From: Rhynchopus sp. YZ270_cl-10
Lineage: Eukaryota
Assembly: GCA_964035575.1 (NCBI GenBank)
Contig: OZ037834.1
Location: 1,054,001-1,118,000 of the forward strand
Length of the DNA: 64,000 nt
Reading direction: 5' to 3'
In this document: positions 11,132 to 21,900 of the stretch, in pieces
Numbering within the stretch: position 1 is the first letter of the stretch
Layout of the letters: each line of letters begins with the position of its first letter
Notes under the pieces: generated by a model
What the model was told of the DNA's origin: nothing
Databases searched by the model: none
What the model saw: only the letters and a program-made list of their open reading frames with translations
Program-made: the position numbers and the translations under genes

Positions 11132-14100
11132 TCACTTTGTAGAGAACATTCCTTGCAGAATAGTCCTGCTCTCACCTACGGAATAATATGGAAGTGTATC
11201 GCTCTCGTCATCACTTCCTGAGTCATCCGGGAATGTGTGTGGGAAACCTGATGGGAGACCCGAAAAGTCATTTACCAAATCCATGTTTGCACAATGAAAG
11301 GTTGTTGTGGCCCTGGTGGCACAACTGGAATTGGGGGACTTCCCCAGCACTCGCTGTGCAACACTAAAAAACGAGTCACAAACTGTCGATGAGGGGGAGA
11401 TGCTCAGCACGTCCAACGCAGCAGTCTTCATAGAAGAGGAGCCCGTGTACCCCTCCCAAAACTGGAACGCGGTTTGCGTGCTGGTGTCCTCTGCGGCAGT
11501 TGAATATTCCTTCCAATCATCATCACTAATGGTGAGAGGTAGTGCACGATTCAGCTGCTCCAACGTCATCTCTTGACCACCATCGCGGGCAGAGAGAAGG
11601 CCGTTTGGATCCAAATGCCGAACTGCCCTCCAAAAATTAGCCCCCCCCTCACTCCCATCCCAATAACCATTCAGGGTCTCTAGCAGGTGATTTGCCACAC
11701 TCCGCAGAGCGCACGTTTCAGTGTCGCCAAGTTCCTTGAGCTTGGCCTTCAATTTTGACACATCGGCAAAAACATGTTCACCCCCGTGACGTTGAGCGTC
11801 AGAGTATTGGCGCAACAGATCCCCCACAGGATCTATCACCTCACAGACGTGCCCAATCAGCCTCCTCGTCTCCTCAGGCGAGTGGTTCGCCAACAGTTCC
11901 CCAAGTTCATTCAGGCTATCGCACGGGTTCGGGGAACGCTTCAGCTCCTGGACACAAAACCTATACATGTCGTCCACCCGCTCCCGTAGGTGATGGAAAG
12001 CATCGACAGTTGAGATGTATTTTACACCAGTAAGCAGTGGCATTTTCTTAGCCGCAGGCTTCTCCGTCTCCGGCTCTTCGCCTAGGGTCTCCTCAATCTT
12101 CTGCAGCAGCTCTTTCGCGCTGGTTGAAGCAAACGTCCTCTGGGGCAAAACTTGTTGACATAGTTTGACGTGCCTGTCGACCACCCCTTTTTCTTCCTCA
12201 GGCAACATTCTACTCATTCTCGCAGCGAGTTTCTCCCTGGCATCGCGCAAACCCTTCATCTGGGGCTTCTCATGGTTCTGTGCATGAACCCAGCGCGTAT
12301 GGCGAAGTTTGTTCATTCCCCCAGTAAAAAGGTATGTCATCAACAGAGCGATGCGGTACCCTACCAGTTTCGCCGCCTTCATTGCAGTCAATGCGTCTTT
12401 CAGAACATTGTGCAAGAGGTGAGCAAAACAAGCGAGAAATGTGACTCCCAGAGCCTCCGCAAACAAGCGACTGGCCGCCCCGTCGCCGCCGCCGCGATCG
12501 CTGCGAATGACGAAAGGGAGATGCAACTTCATAGCAGCCAGTCGTTCCTTAAACGCTAATGCTAACTCTGCTCCTGAATGATGTGTACCATCTGGTTTGA
12601 TGATAGGAGGAAGTACAGCGTTTATCGTCCGGGACGACACGCACAAAGCGCACGAGGCTGTGTCCAGTATGTTAGACCCATCGTGGTGAAGGGAGTACCT
12701 TTTGTGAATTTTTCATGTGATGCACAAAAAAAGGGGGGGGAGAAGAAGAAGGCTGCTAGTACTCCATACATTGAAGTCCCCGAGAGTTTCCGAGAGTTTG
12801 GCAGAAAGTCCCAAAATTCCAAAAAAAACCCCTCTCAGAGTCTGAGAGAGTGTTTTGAAATATATTTCGGAGAGTATTCGCTATCAATCGCGAATCCTCC
12901 CCGAAATATATTTAAAAAAAAAACTCTCGAAAACCCCACGAAAAAAATAAACACTCAGAGAGCATTTTTTTCGGGGAGTTTTCGAGAGTTTTTATTAATA
13001 TATTTCGGAGAGTATTCGCTATCAATCGCGAATCCTCCCCGAAATATATTTAAAAAAAAAACTCTCGAAAACCCCACGAAAAAAATAAACACTCAGAGAG
13101 CATTTTTTTCGGGGAGTTTTCGAGAGTTTTTATTAATATATTTCAGAGAGTATTCGCTATCAATCGCGAATCCTCCCCGAAATATATTTTAAAAAAAAAC
13201 TCTCGAAAACCCCACGAAAAAAATAAACACTCAGAGAGCATTTTTTTCGGGGAGTTTTCGAGAGTTTTTATTAATATATTTCGGAGAGTATTCGCTATCA
13301 ATCGCGAATCCTCCCCGAAATATATTTAAAAAAAAAACTCTCGAAAACCCCACGAAAAAAATAAACACTCAGAGAGCATTTTTTTCGGGGAGTTTTCGAG
13401 AGTTTTTATTAATATATTTCGGAGAGTATTCGCTATCAATCGCGAATCCTCCCCGAAATATATTAGAAAACTCTCGAAAACTCTCCGAAAAAGAAAATAC
13501 ACACTCAGAGAGTTTTCTTTTTCTTTTTCGGGGATTTTTCGAAAGTTTTTTTTTTTTTTTTTTTTTTTGGAATCGCTAAAATACTCGAAAACACTCTCGG
13601 AGAGTCTCGGGGGTTCAATGTGTGTATACTAGCACTTGATAAAAAAGTGAAATTGAACGATACCTTGTGTCCTTCAACTTATCTACTATGTGAGAAAGCG
13701 CTCTTCCGGTGAGGACCGGCTCAAACTTGTTCTTCATAGTTTGAGCCTTTGGTCGCTTCGTCGGGATGGTCTGCCCTTCCAGGCAGGTGAGGAAGACGTC
13801 CATGTCACCGGCAGACACCCCAGTGAACAGAAGAGCTGTAGCGATCAGCTCTTCCACACCTTCCCCCACCTCCGCAGACTTCTCGGCCCTCTCCGCAGCT
13901 GCTGTGCTCGAGGCTCGGGCTCGCTTGCATGCGGGAGTACCAAAGTGTGACGCAGCGTCGCATCTGTTCCGATCCCACCCCCAGGCCAGCTTGCACGCGG
14001 TACACGCAGGAACTTTCTGAGAGGGGTGTGTGAATCCTGAGCGGCTGAGTGTTCCGGAGCAACGCCAGGTGTTCGTCTCAGAGACCTTCACGAACGTAAG

Positions 14101-14688
14101 GGCTGGAATAACGTTCTTCCAGGCAAGAATAGTGTCTGGGATCTCAAGAACTTTAGGTGGTGGAGAACCTCCAGTAACTGAATCAGCACTTGGTGTAGCC
14201 CCTTCTCCTTGGGTCATTGGTGGTGGCGTGGTGCGCTGGCTGAGGTTGACAATCAACTTTTGCCGTTTACCACCTCTTTCCGATAAATTTGCGCGTGGTG
14301 GTGGTGGTGGTGGTTCCAGGGATTCCCCCCCCTCAATCTTTTTTTTGAGTTTTAAGCGAGCAAGTTTATCAGCAATGAATGCGATAGTGTTTTGCTGCTT
14401 CTTCTCATTCAGCTTGAGCGAAGCTGTCTTCGCAAGGTCCATCAGAGGCCCTTTCTGCAGCTTCATGAACTGCTTCAACAGGTTGTCGAAACAGCGATGA
14501 GCTGGCGAAGGCATATCCTCCACCTTTGCCTCCCACACTTTTACCTCATCGTCGCCTTCGTCGACGTCGGCGTTCGCCGCTGGGTCCTCCGGAGTTGGGG
14601 TCAAGTCCAGCAACATTGGTTCCTGTGTTGGGTCGCGCGAGGCTGATTCGTCTTCCTCGCTCTCGCTCTCCCAGATGCGTTTTGGCAT
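11132..14688 (-). CDS. hAT-family transposase, 863 aa, two exons: 14688-13664 and 12698-11132
   Basis: ATG at 14688 (MPKRIWESESEE); GT donor at 13663 (AG/GTATCG) and AG acceptor at 12700-12699 join in frame (1025+1567=2592 nt) giving KDTR-YSLHHDGS; motifs CxxC..H..C zinc finger-like, SLHHDG, IRSD, CFAH (CxxH), FQFW, PSSTVCDSFFS. Confidence 0.85.
12765..13624. mobile_element. MITE (CATACATTGAA family) in the transposase intron, with ~4.5 internal 138-bp tandem units
   Basis: Imperfect TIRs CATACATTGAAGTCCCCGAGAG / CTCGGGGGTTCAATGTGTG; same TIR family as 36622-38919; TATATTTCGG at 12861 and 12999. Confidence 0.85.
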
Positions 14689-15460
14689 TTTGTGGCTTTT
14701 TTGATTATTTTTTTTTGGTGGTTTTATTTGTAGAGAACACTGGTTGATGGTGCGTGTACAACAAAATCCCTCGGATGTAAATTGAAGCTCAAAAACAGGG
14801 GGGCGGGGGAGAACATACCTTGCGCTCGGTCTACTTACCAGGTACTGGAACATCACTGCACGGACAAACCCACCACTGCGTCTGTGACTAAAGAGCTATT
14901 TCCTCCTCTCCGGCCAGCCTCGGGTGAGCGCTCGAGGGAGGACAAAACATGCCTCTCGCCGAAGAACACCCGATTTTGCACTTTTTGGTGCCCAAAAACC
15001 CAACGCAGGTCAAATTTTTCCCAGGAAAAAAAAAAATTTTTTTTTTTCCAGATTTTTTAAAAATCGACTTGTCCTTGGTAAAAACCACGAAATTTTGGGT
15101 GCGCAAAACCGCGTTTTAGACCCCCACAGATGCTCAAAAGTGCCAAATTTTGCTTTTAATGGCCTCAAATAGTCGAAATTCGCCCTCAAAGGGGGCAAAA
15201 AAAAAAAATTCGAGAGTCCCTTTCCCTGGGAGACAATAGCCAGAAATCTGAGAAAAAAAAAAATTTTGGCCAGATTTCCAGATCTGGCCAGATCTGGCCA
15301 GATCTGGGATTTTTTTTTTTTTTTTGAAAAAAAAAATTTTCCCAGATTCCCAGATCGGGCCAGATCTGGCCAGATCTGGAAACAAGATCTCCACATCTGG
15401 AAAACGAGCCAGATCTGGGAAATTGGCCCCCAAATCTGGCCAGATCTGGTAGCATCCGTG

Positions 15461-15873
15461 TAAAAAGTTGTTTTTGGGCTGAAAAAAAAAAATTTATTTT
15501 TTGAAAAAAAAAATTTTGGCAAAGGCATTTTTGAGGTAAATGCCTACTAAAAGGCTCATTTTTGGCTTAATGACAACCTTCAGAAATGTTATCATTTTTT
15601 CATAACGACTGAAAAAAAATTTTTTTTTTGCCCTCAATATCTCCTATCTAGCCGATTTTCTGGTCAGGTATTTTTTTAGAAGAACATATAATTTTTTAAA
15701 ATTTTCATTTTTTTGGTCAAATCCTGTCCCTGGTGAGGGGGTGTGTGTGGGTGTGTGTGGGTGGGTGTGGGTGGGTGTGGGTGGGTGTGTGTGGGTGGGT
15801 GGGTAGTGTGTGGGTGTGTGGGTGGCGCACATCCTTATAGTAAAAACTAAAAAACTAAGGTTTTTTAGAATTA
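15461..15873 (+). repeat. GT-microsatellite/terminal-hairpin element, copy 3 (its 5' part lies at ~8750-8768, split by the hAT)
   Basis: Removing the hAT restores GCCTAAAAAGTTG...GGCTGAAAAA, matching GCCTAAAATTGG...GGCCTGAAAAA at ~8354. Confidence 0.75.
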
Positions 15874-15947
15874 GCTAAAGACAGACAGACAGAGGGCGAG
15901 TCAGTAGGACATAAATGAGCTTCCAGAACTCTTCCCAATACATACCA

Positions 15948-18900
15948 AGCTAAGGAGCTAAGGAGCTAAGGAGCTAAGGAGCTAAGGAGCTAAGGAGCTA
16001 AGGAGCTAAGGAGCTAAGGAGCTAAGGAGCTAAGGAGCTAAGGAGCTAAGGAGCTAAGGAGCTAAGGAGCTAAGGAGCTAAGGAGCTAAGGAGCTAAGGA
16101 GCTAAGGAGCTAAGGAGCTAAGGAGCTAAGGAGCTAAGGAGCTAAGGAGCTAAGGAGCTAAGGAGCTAAGGAGCTAAGGAGCTAAGGAGCTAAGGAGCTA
16201 AGGAGCTAAGGAGCTAAGGAGCTAAGGAGCTAAGGAGCTAAGGAGCTAAGGAGCTAAGGAGCTAAGGAGCTAAGGAGCTAAGGAGCTAAGGAGCTAAGGA
16301 GCTAAGGAGCTAAGGAGCTAAGGAGCTAAGGAGCTAAGGAGCTAAGGAGCTAAGGAGCTAAGGAGCTAAGGAGCTAAGGAGCTAAGGAGCTAAGGAGCTA
16401 AGGAGCTAAGGAGCTAAGGAGCTAAGGAGCTAAGGAGCTAAGGAGCTAAGGAGCTAAGGAGCTAAGGAGCTAAGGAGCTAAGGAGCTAAGGAGCTAAGGA
16501 GCTAAGGAGCTAAGGAGCTAAGGAGCTAAGGAGCTAAGGAGCTAAGGAGCTAAGGAGCTAAGGAGCTAAGGAGCTAAGGAGCTAAGGAGCTAAGGAGCTA
16601 AGGAGCTAAGGAGCTAAGGAGCTAAGGAGCTAAGGAGCTAAGGAGCTAAGGAGCTAAGGAGCTAAGGAGCTAAGGAGCTAAGGAGCTAAGGAGCTAAGGA
16701 GCTAAGGAGCTAAGGAGCTAAGGAGCTAAGGAGCTAAGGAGCTAAGGAGCTAAGGAGCTAAGGAGCTAAGGAGCTAAGGAGCTAAGGAGCTAAGGAGCTA
16801 AGGAGCTAAGGAGCTAAGGAGCTAAGGAGCTAAGGAGCTAAGGAGCTAAGGAGCTAAGGAGCTAAGGAGCTAAGGAGCTAAGGAGCTAAGGAGCTAAGGA
16901 GCTAAGGAGCTAAGGAGCTAAGGAGCTAAGGAGCTAAGGAGCTAAGGAGCTAAGGAGCTAAGGAGCTAAGGAGCTAAGGAGCTAAGGAGCTAAGGAGCTA
17001 AGGAGCTAAGGAGCTAAGGAGCTAAGGAGCTAAGGAGCTAAGGAGCTAAGGAGCTAAGGAGCTAAGGAGCTAAGGAGCTAAGGAGCTAAGGAGCTAAGGA
17101 GCTAAGGAGCTAAGGAGCTAAGGAGCTAAGGAGCTAAGGAGCTAAGGAGCTAAGGAGCTAAGGAGCTAAGGAGCTAAGGAGCTAAGGAGCTAAGGAGCTA
17201 AGGAGCTAAGGAGCTAAGGAGCTAAGGAGCTAAGGAGCTAAGGAGCTAAGGAGCTAAGGAGCTAAGGAGCTAAGGAGCTAAGGAGCTAAGGAGCTAAGGA
17301 GCTAAGGAGCTAAGGAGCTAAGGAGCTAAGGAGCTAAGGAGCTAAGGAGCTAAGGAGCTAAGGAGCTAAGGAGCTAAGGAGCTAAGGAGCTAAGGAGCTA
17401 AGGAGCTAAGGAGCTAAGGAGCTAAGGAGCTAAGGAGCTAAGGAGCTAAGGAGCTAAGGAGCTAAGGAGCTAAGGAGCTAAGGAGCTAAGGAGCTAAGGA
17501 GCTAAGGAGCTAAGGAGCTAAGGAGCTAAGGAGCTAAGGAGCTAAGGAGCTAAGGAGCTAAGGAGCTAAGGAGCTAAGGAGCTAAGGAGCTAAGGAGCTA
17601 AGGAGCTAAGGAGCTAAGGAGCTAAGGAGCTAAGGAGCTAAGGAGCTAAGGAGCTAAGGAGCTAAGGAGCTAAGGAGCTAAGGAGCTAAGGAGCTAAGGA
17701 GCTAAGGAGCTAAGGAGCTAAGGAGCTAAGGAGCTAAGGAGCTAAGGAGCTAAGGAGCTAAGGAGCTAAGGAGCTAAGGAGCTAAGGAGCTAAGGAGCTA
17801 AGGAGCTAAGGAGCTAAGGAGCTAAGGAGCTAAGGAGCTAAGGAGCTAAGGAGCTAAGGAGCTAAGGAGCTAAGGAGCTAAGGAGCTAAGGAGCTAAGGA
17901 GCTAAGGAGCTAAGGAGCTAAGGAGCTAAGGAGCTAAGGAGCTAAGGAGCTAAGGAGCTAAGGAGCTAAGGAGCTAAGGAGCTAAGGAGCTAAGGAGCTA
18001 AGGAGCTAAGGAGCTAAGGAGCTAAGGAGCTAAGGAGCTAAGGAGCTAAGGAGCTAAGGAGCTAAGGAGCTAAGGAGCTAAGGAGCTAAGGAGCTAAGGA
18101 GCTAAGGAGCTAAGGAGCTAAGGAGCTAAGGAGCTAAGGAGCTAAGGAGCTAAGGAGCTAAGGAGCTAAGGAGCTAAGGAGCTAAGGAGCTAAGGAGCTA
18201 AGGAGCTAAGGAGCTAAGGAGCTAAGGAGCTAAGGAGCTAAGGAGCTAAGGAGCTAAGGAGCTAAGGAGCTAAGGAGCTAAGGAGCTAAGGAGCTAAGGA
18301 GCTAAGGAGCTAAGGAGCTAAGGAGCTAAGGAGCTAAGGAGCTAAGGAGCTAAGGAGCTAAGGAGCTAAGGAGCTAAGGAGCTAAGGAGCTAAGGAGCTA
18401 AGGAGCTAAGGAGCTAAGGAGCTAAGGAGCTAAGGAGCTAAGGAGCTAAGGAGCTAAGGAGCTAAGGAGCTAAGGAGCTAAGGAGCTAAGGAGCTAAGGA
18501 GCTAAGGAGCTAAGGAGCTAAGGAGCTAAGGAGCTAAGGAGCTAAGGAGCTAAGGAGCTAAGGAGCTAAGGAGCTAAGGAGCTAAGGAGCTAAGGAGCTA
18601 AGGAGCTAAGGAGCTAAGGAGCTAAGGAGCTAAGGAGCTAAGGAGCTAAGGAGCTAAGGAGCTAAGGAGCTAAGGAGCTAAGGAGCTAAGGAGCTAAGGA
18701 GCTAAGGAGCTAAGGAGCTAAGGAGCTAAGGAGCTAAGGAGCTAAGGAGCTAAGGAGCTAAGGAGCTAAGGAGCTAAGGAGCTAAGGAGCTAAGGAGCTA
18801 AGGAGCTAAGGAGCTAAGGAGCTAAGGAGCTAAGGAGCTAAGGAGCTAAGGAGCTAAGGAGCTAAGGAGCTAAGGAGCTAAGGAGCTAAGGAGCTAAGGA

Positions 18901-21900
18901 GCTAAGGAGCTAAGGAGCTAAGGAGCTAAGGAGCTAAGGAGCTAAGGAGCTAAGGAGCTAAGGAGCTAAGGAGCTAAGGAGCTAAGGAGCTAAGGAGCTA
19001 AGGAGCTAAGGAGCTAAGGAGCTAAGGAGCTAAGGAGCTAAGGAGCTAAGGAGCTAAGGAGCTAAGGAGCTAAGGAGCTAAGGAGCTAAGGAGCTAAGGA
19101 GCTAAGGAGCTAAGGAGCTAAGGAGCTAAGGAGCTAAGGAGCTAAGGAGCTAAGGAGCTAAGGAGCTAAGGAGCTAAGGAGCTAAGGAGCTAAGGAGCTA
19201 AGGAGCTAAGGAGCTAAGGAGCTAAGGAGCTAAGGAGCTAAGGAGCTAAGGAGCTAAGGAGCTAAGGAGCTAAGGAGCTAAGGAGCTAAGGAGCTAAGGA
19301 GCTAAGGAGCTAAGGAGCTAAGGAGCTAAGGAGCTAAGGAGCTAAGGAGCTAAGGAGCTAAGGAGCTAAGGAGCTAAGGAGCTAAGGAGCTAAGGAGCTA
19401 AGGAGCTAAGGAGCTAAGGAGCTAAGGAGCTAAGGAGCTAAGGAGCTAAGGAGCTAAGGAGCTAAGGAGCTAAGGAGCTAAGGAGCTAAGGAGCTAAGGA
19501 GCTAAGGAGCTAAGGAGCTAAGGAGCTAAGGAGCTAAGGAGCTAAGGAGCTAAGGAGCTAAGGAGCTAAGGAGCTAAGGAGCTAAGGAGCTAAGGAGCTA
19601 AGGAGCTAAGGAGCTAAGGAGCTAAGGAGCTAAGGAGCTAAGGAGCTAAGGAGCTAAGGAGCTAAGGAGCTAAGGAGCTAAGGAGCTAAGGAGCTAAGGA
19701 GCTAAGGAGCTAAGGAGCTAAGGAGCTAAGGAGCTAAGGAGCTAAGGAGCTAAGGAGCTAAGGAGCTAAGGAGCTAAGGAGCTAAGGAGCTAAGGAGCTA
19801 AGGAGCTAAGGAGCTAAGGAGCTAAGGAGCTAAGGAGCTAAGGAGCTAAGGAGCTAAGGAGCTAAGGAGCTAAGGAGCTAAGGAGCTAAGGAGCTAAGGA
19901 GCTAAGGAGCTAAGGAGCTAAGGAGCTAAGGAGCTAAGGAGCTAAGGAGCTAAGGAGCTAAGGAGCTAAGGAGCTAAGGAGCTAAGGAGCTAAGGAGCTA
20001 AGGAGCTAAGGAGCTAAGGAGCTAAGGAGCTAAGGAGCTAAGGAGCTAAGGAGCTAAGGAGCTAAGGAGCTAAGGAGCTAAGGAGCTAAGGAGCTAAGGA
20101 GCTAAGGAGCTAAGGAGCTAAGGAGCTAAGGAGCTAAGGAGCTAAGGAGCTAAGGAGCTAAGGAGCTAAGGAGCTAAGGAGCTAAGGAGCTAAGGAGCTA
20201 AGGAGCTAAGGAGCTAAGGAGCTAAGGAGCTAAGGAGCTAAGGAGCTAAGGAGCTAAGGAGCTAAGGAGCTAAGGAGCTAAGGAGCTAAGGAGCTAAGGA
20301 GCTAAGGAGCTAAGGAGCTAAGGAGCTAAGGAGCTAAGGAGCTAAGGAGCTAAGGAGCTAAGGAGCTAAGGAGCTAAGGAGCTAAGGAGCTAAGGAGCTA
20401 AGGAGCTAAGGAGCTAAGGAGCTAAGGAGCTAAGGAGCTAAGGAGCTAAGGAGCTAAGGAGCTAAGGAGCTAAGGAGCTAAGGAGCTAAGGAGCTAAGGA
20501 GCTAAGGAGCTAAGGAGCTAAGGAGCTAAGGAGCTAAGGAGCTAAGGAGCTAAGGAGCTAAGGAGCTAAGGAGCTAAGGAGCTAAGGAGCTAAGGAGCTA
20601 AGGAGCTAAGGAGCTAAGGAGCTAAGGAGCTAAGGAGCTAAGGAGCTAAGGAGCTAAGGAGCTAAGGAGCTAAGGAGCTAAGGAGCTAAGGAGCTAAGGA
20701 GCTAAGGAGCTAAGGAGCTAAGGAGCTAAGGAGCTAAGGAGCTAAGGAGCTAAGGAGCTAAGGAGCTAAGGAGCTAAGGAGCTAAGGAGCTAAGGAGCTA
20801 AGGAGCTAAGGAGCTAAGGAGCTAAGGAGCTAAGGAGCTAAGGAGCTAAGGAGCTAAGGAGCTAAGGAGCTAAGGAGCTAAGGAGCTAAGGAGCTAAGGA
20901 GCTAAGGAGCTAAGGAGCTAAGGAGCTAAGGAGCTAAGGAGCTAAGGAGCTAAGGAGCTAAGGAGCTAAGGAGCTAAGGAGCTAAGGAGCTAAGGAGCTA
21001 AGGAGCTAAGGAGCTAAGGAGCTAAGGAGCTAAGGAGCTAAGGAGCTAAGGAGCTAAGGAGCTAAGGAGCTAAGGAGCTAAGGAGCTAAGGAGCTAAGGA
21101 GCTAAGGAGCTAAGGAGCTAAGGAGCTAAGGAGCTAAGGAGCTAAGGAGCTAAGGAGCTAAGGAGCTAAGGAGCTAAGGAGCTAAGGAGCTAAGGAGCTA
21201 AGGAGCTAAGGAGCTAAGGAGCTAAGGAGCTAAGGAGCTAAGGAGCTAAGGAGCTAAGGAGCTAAGGAGCTAAGGAGCTAAGGAGCTAAGGAGCTAAGGA
21301 GCTAAGGAGCTAAGGAGCTAAGGAGCTAAGGAGCTAAGGAGCTAAGGAGCTAAGGAGCTAAGGAGCTAAGGAGCTAAGGAGCTAAGGAGCTAAGGAGCTA
21401 AGGAGCTAAGGAGCTAAGGAGCTAAGGAGCTAAGGAGCTAAGGAGCTAAGGAGCTAAGGAGCTAAGGAGCTAAGGAGCTAAGGAGCTAAGGAGCTAAGGA
21501 GCTAAGGAGCTAAGGAGCTAAGGAGCTAAGGAGCTAAGGAGCTAAGGAGCTAAGGAGCTAAGGAGCTAAGGAGCTAAGGAGCTAAGGAGCTAAGGAGCTA
21601 AGGAGCTAAGGAGCTAAGGAGCTAAGGAGCTAAGGAGCTAAGGAGCTAAGGAGCTAAGGAGCTAAGGAGCTAAGGAGCTAAGGAGCTAAGGAGCTAAGGA
21701 GCTAAGGAGCTAAGGAGCTAAGGAGCTAAGGAGCTAAGGAGCTAAGGAGCTAAGGAGCTAAGGAGCTAAGGAGCTAAGGAGCTAAGGAGCTAAGGAGCTA
21801 AGGAGCTAAGGAGCTAAGGAGCTAAGGAGCTAAGGAGCTAAGGAGCTAAGGAGCTAAGGAGCTAAGGAGCTAAGGAGCTAAGGAGCTAAGGAGCTAAGGA

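Larger units (their letters stand above)
8769..15460 (-). mobile_element. Full-length hAT-like DNA transposon with 6-bp TSD
   Basis: TIRs CACGGATGCT(G/A)CCAGATCTGGCCAGAT at 8769 and ending 15460; TAAAAA on both sides; subterminal CCAGATCTGG arrays at both ends; encodes a hAT-type transposase. Confidence 0.92.

Noticed and set aside
12578..13192. 204-aa plus-strand ORF
   Set aside because: Antisense to transposase exon 2 and running through 138-bp MITE repeats
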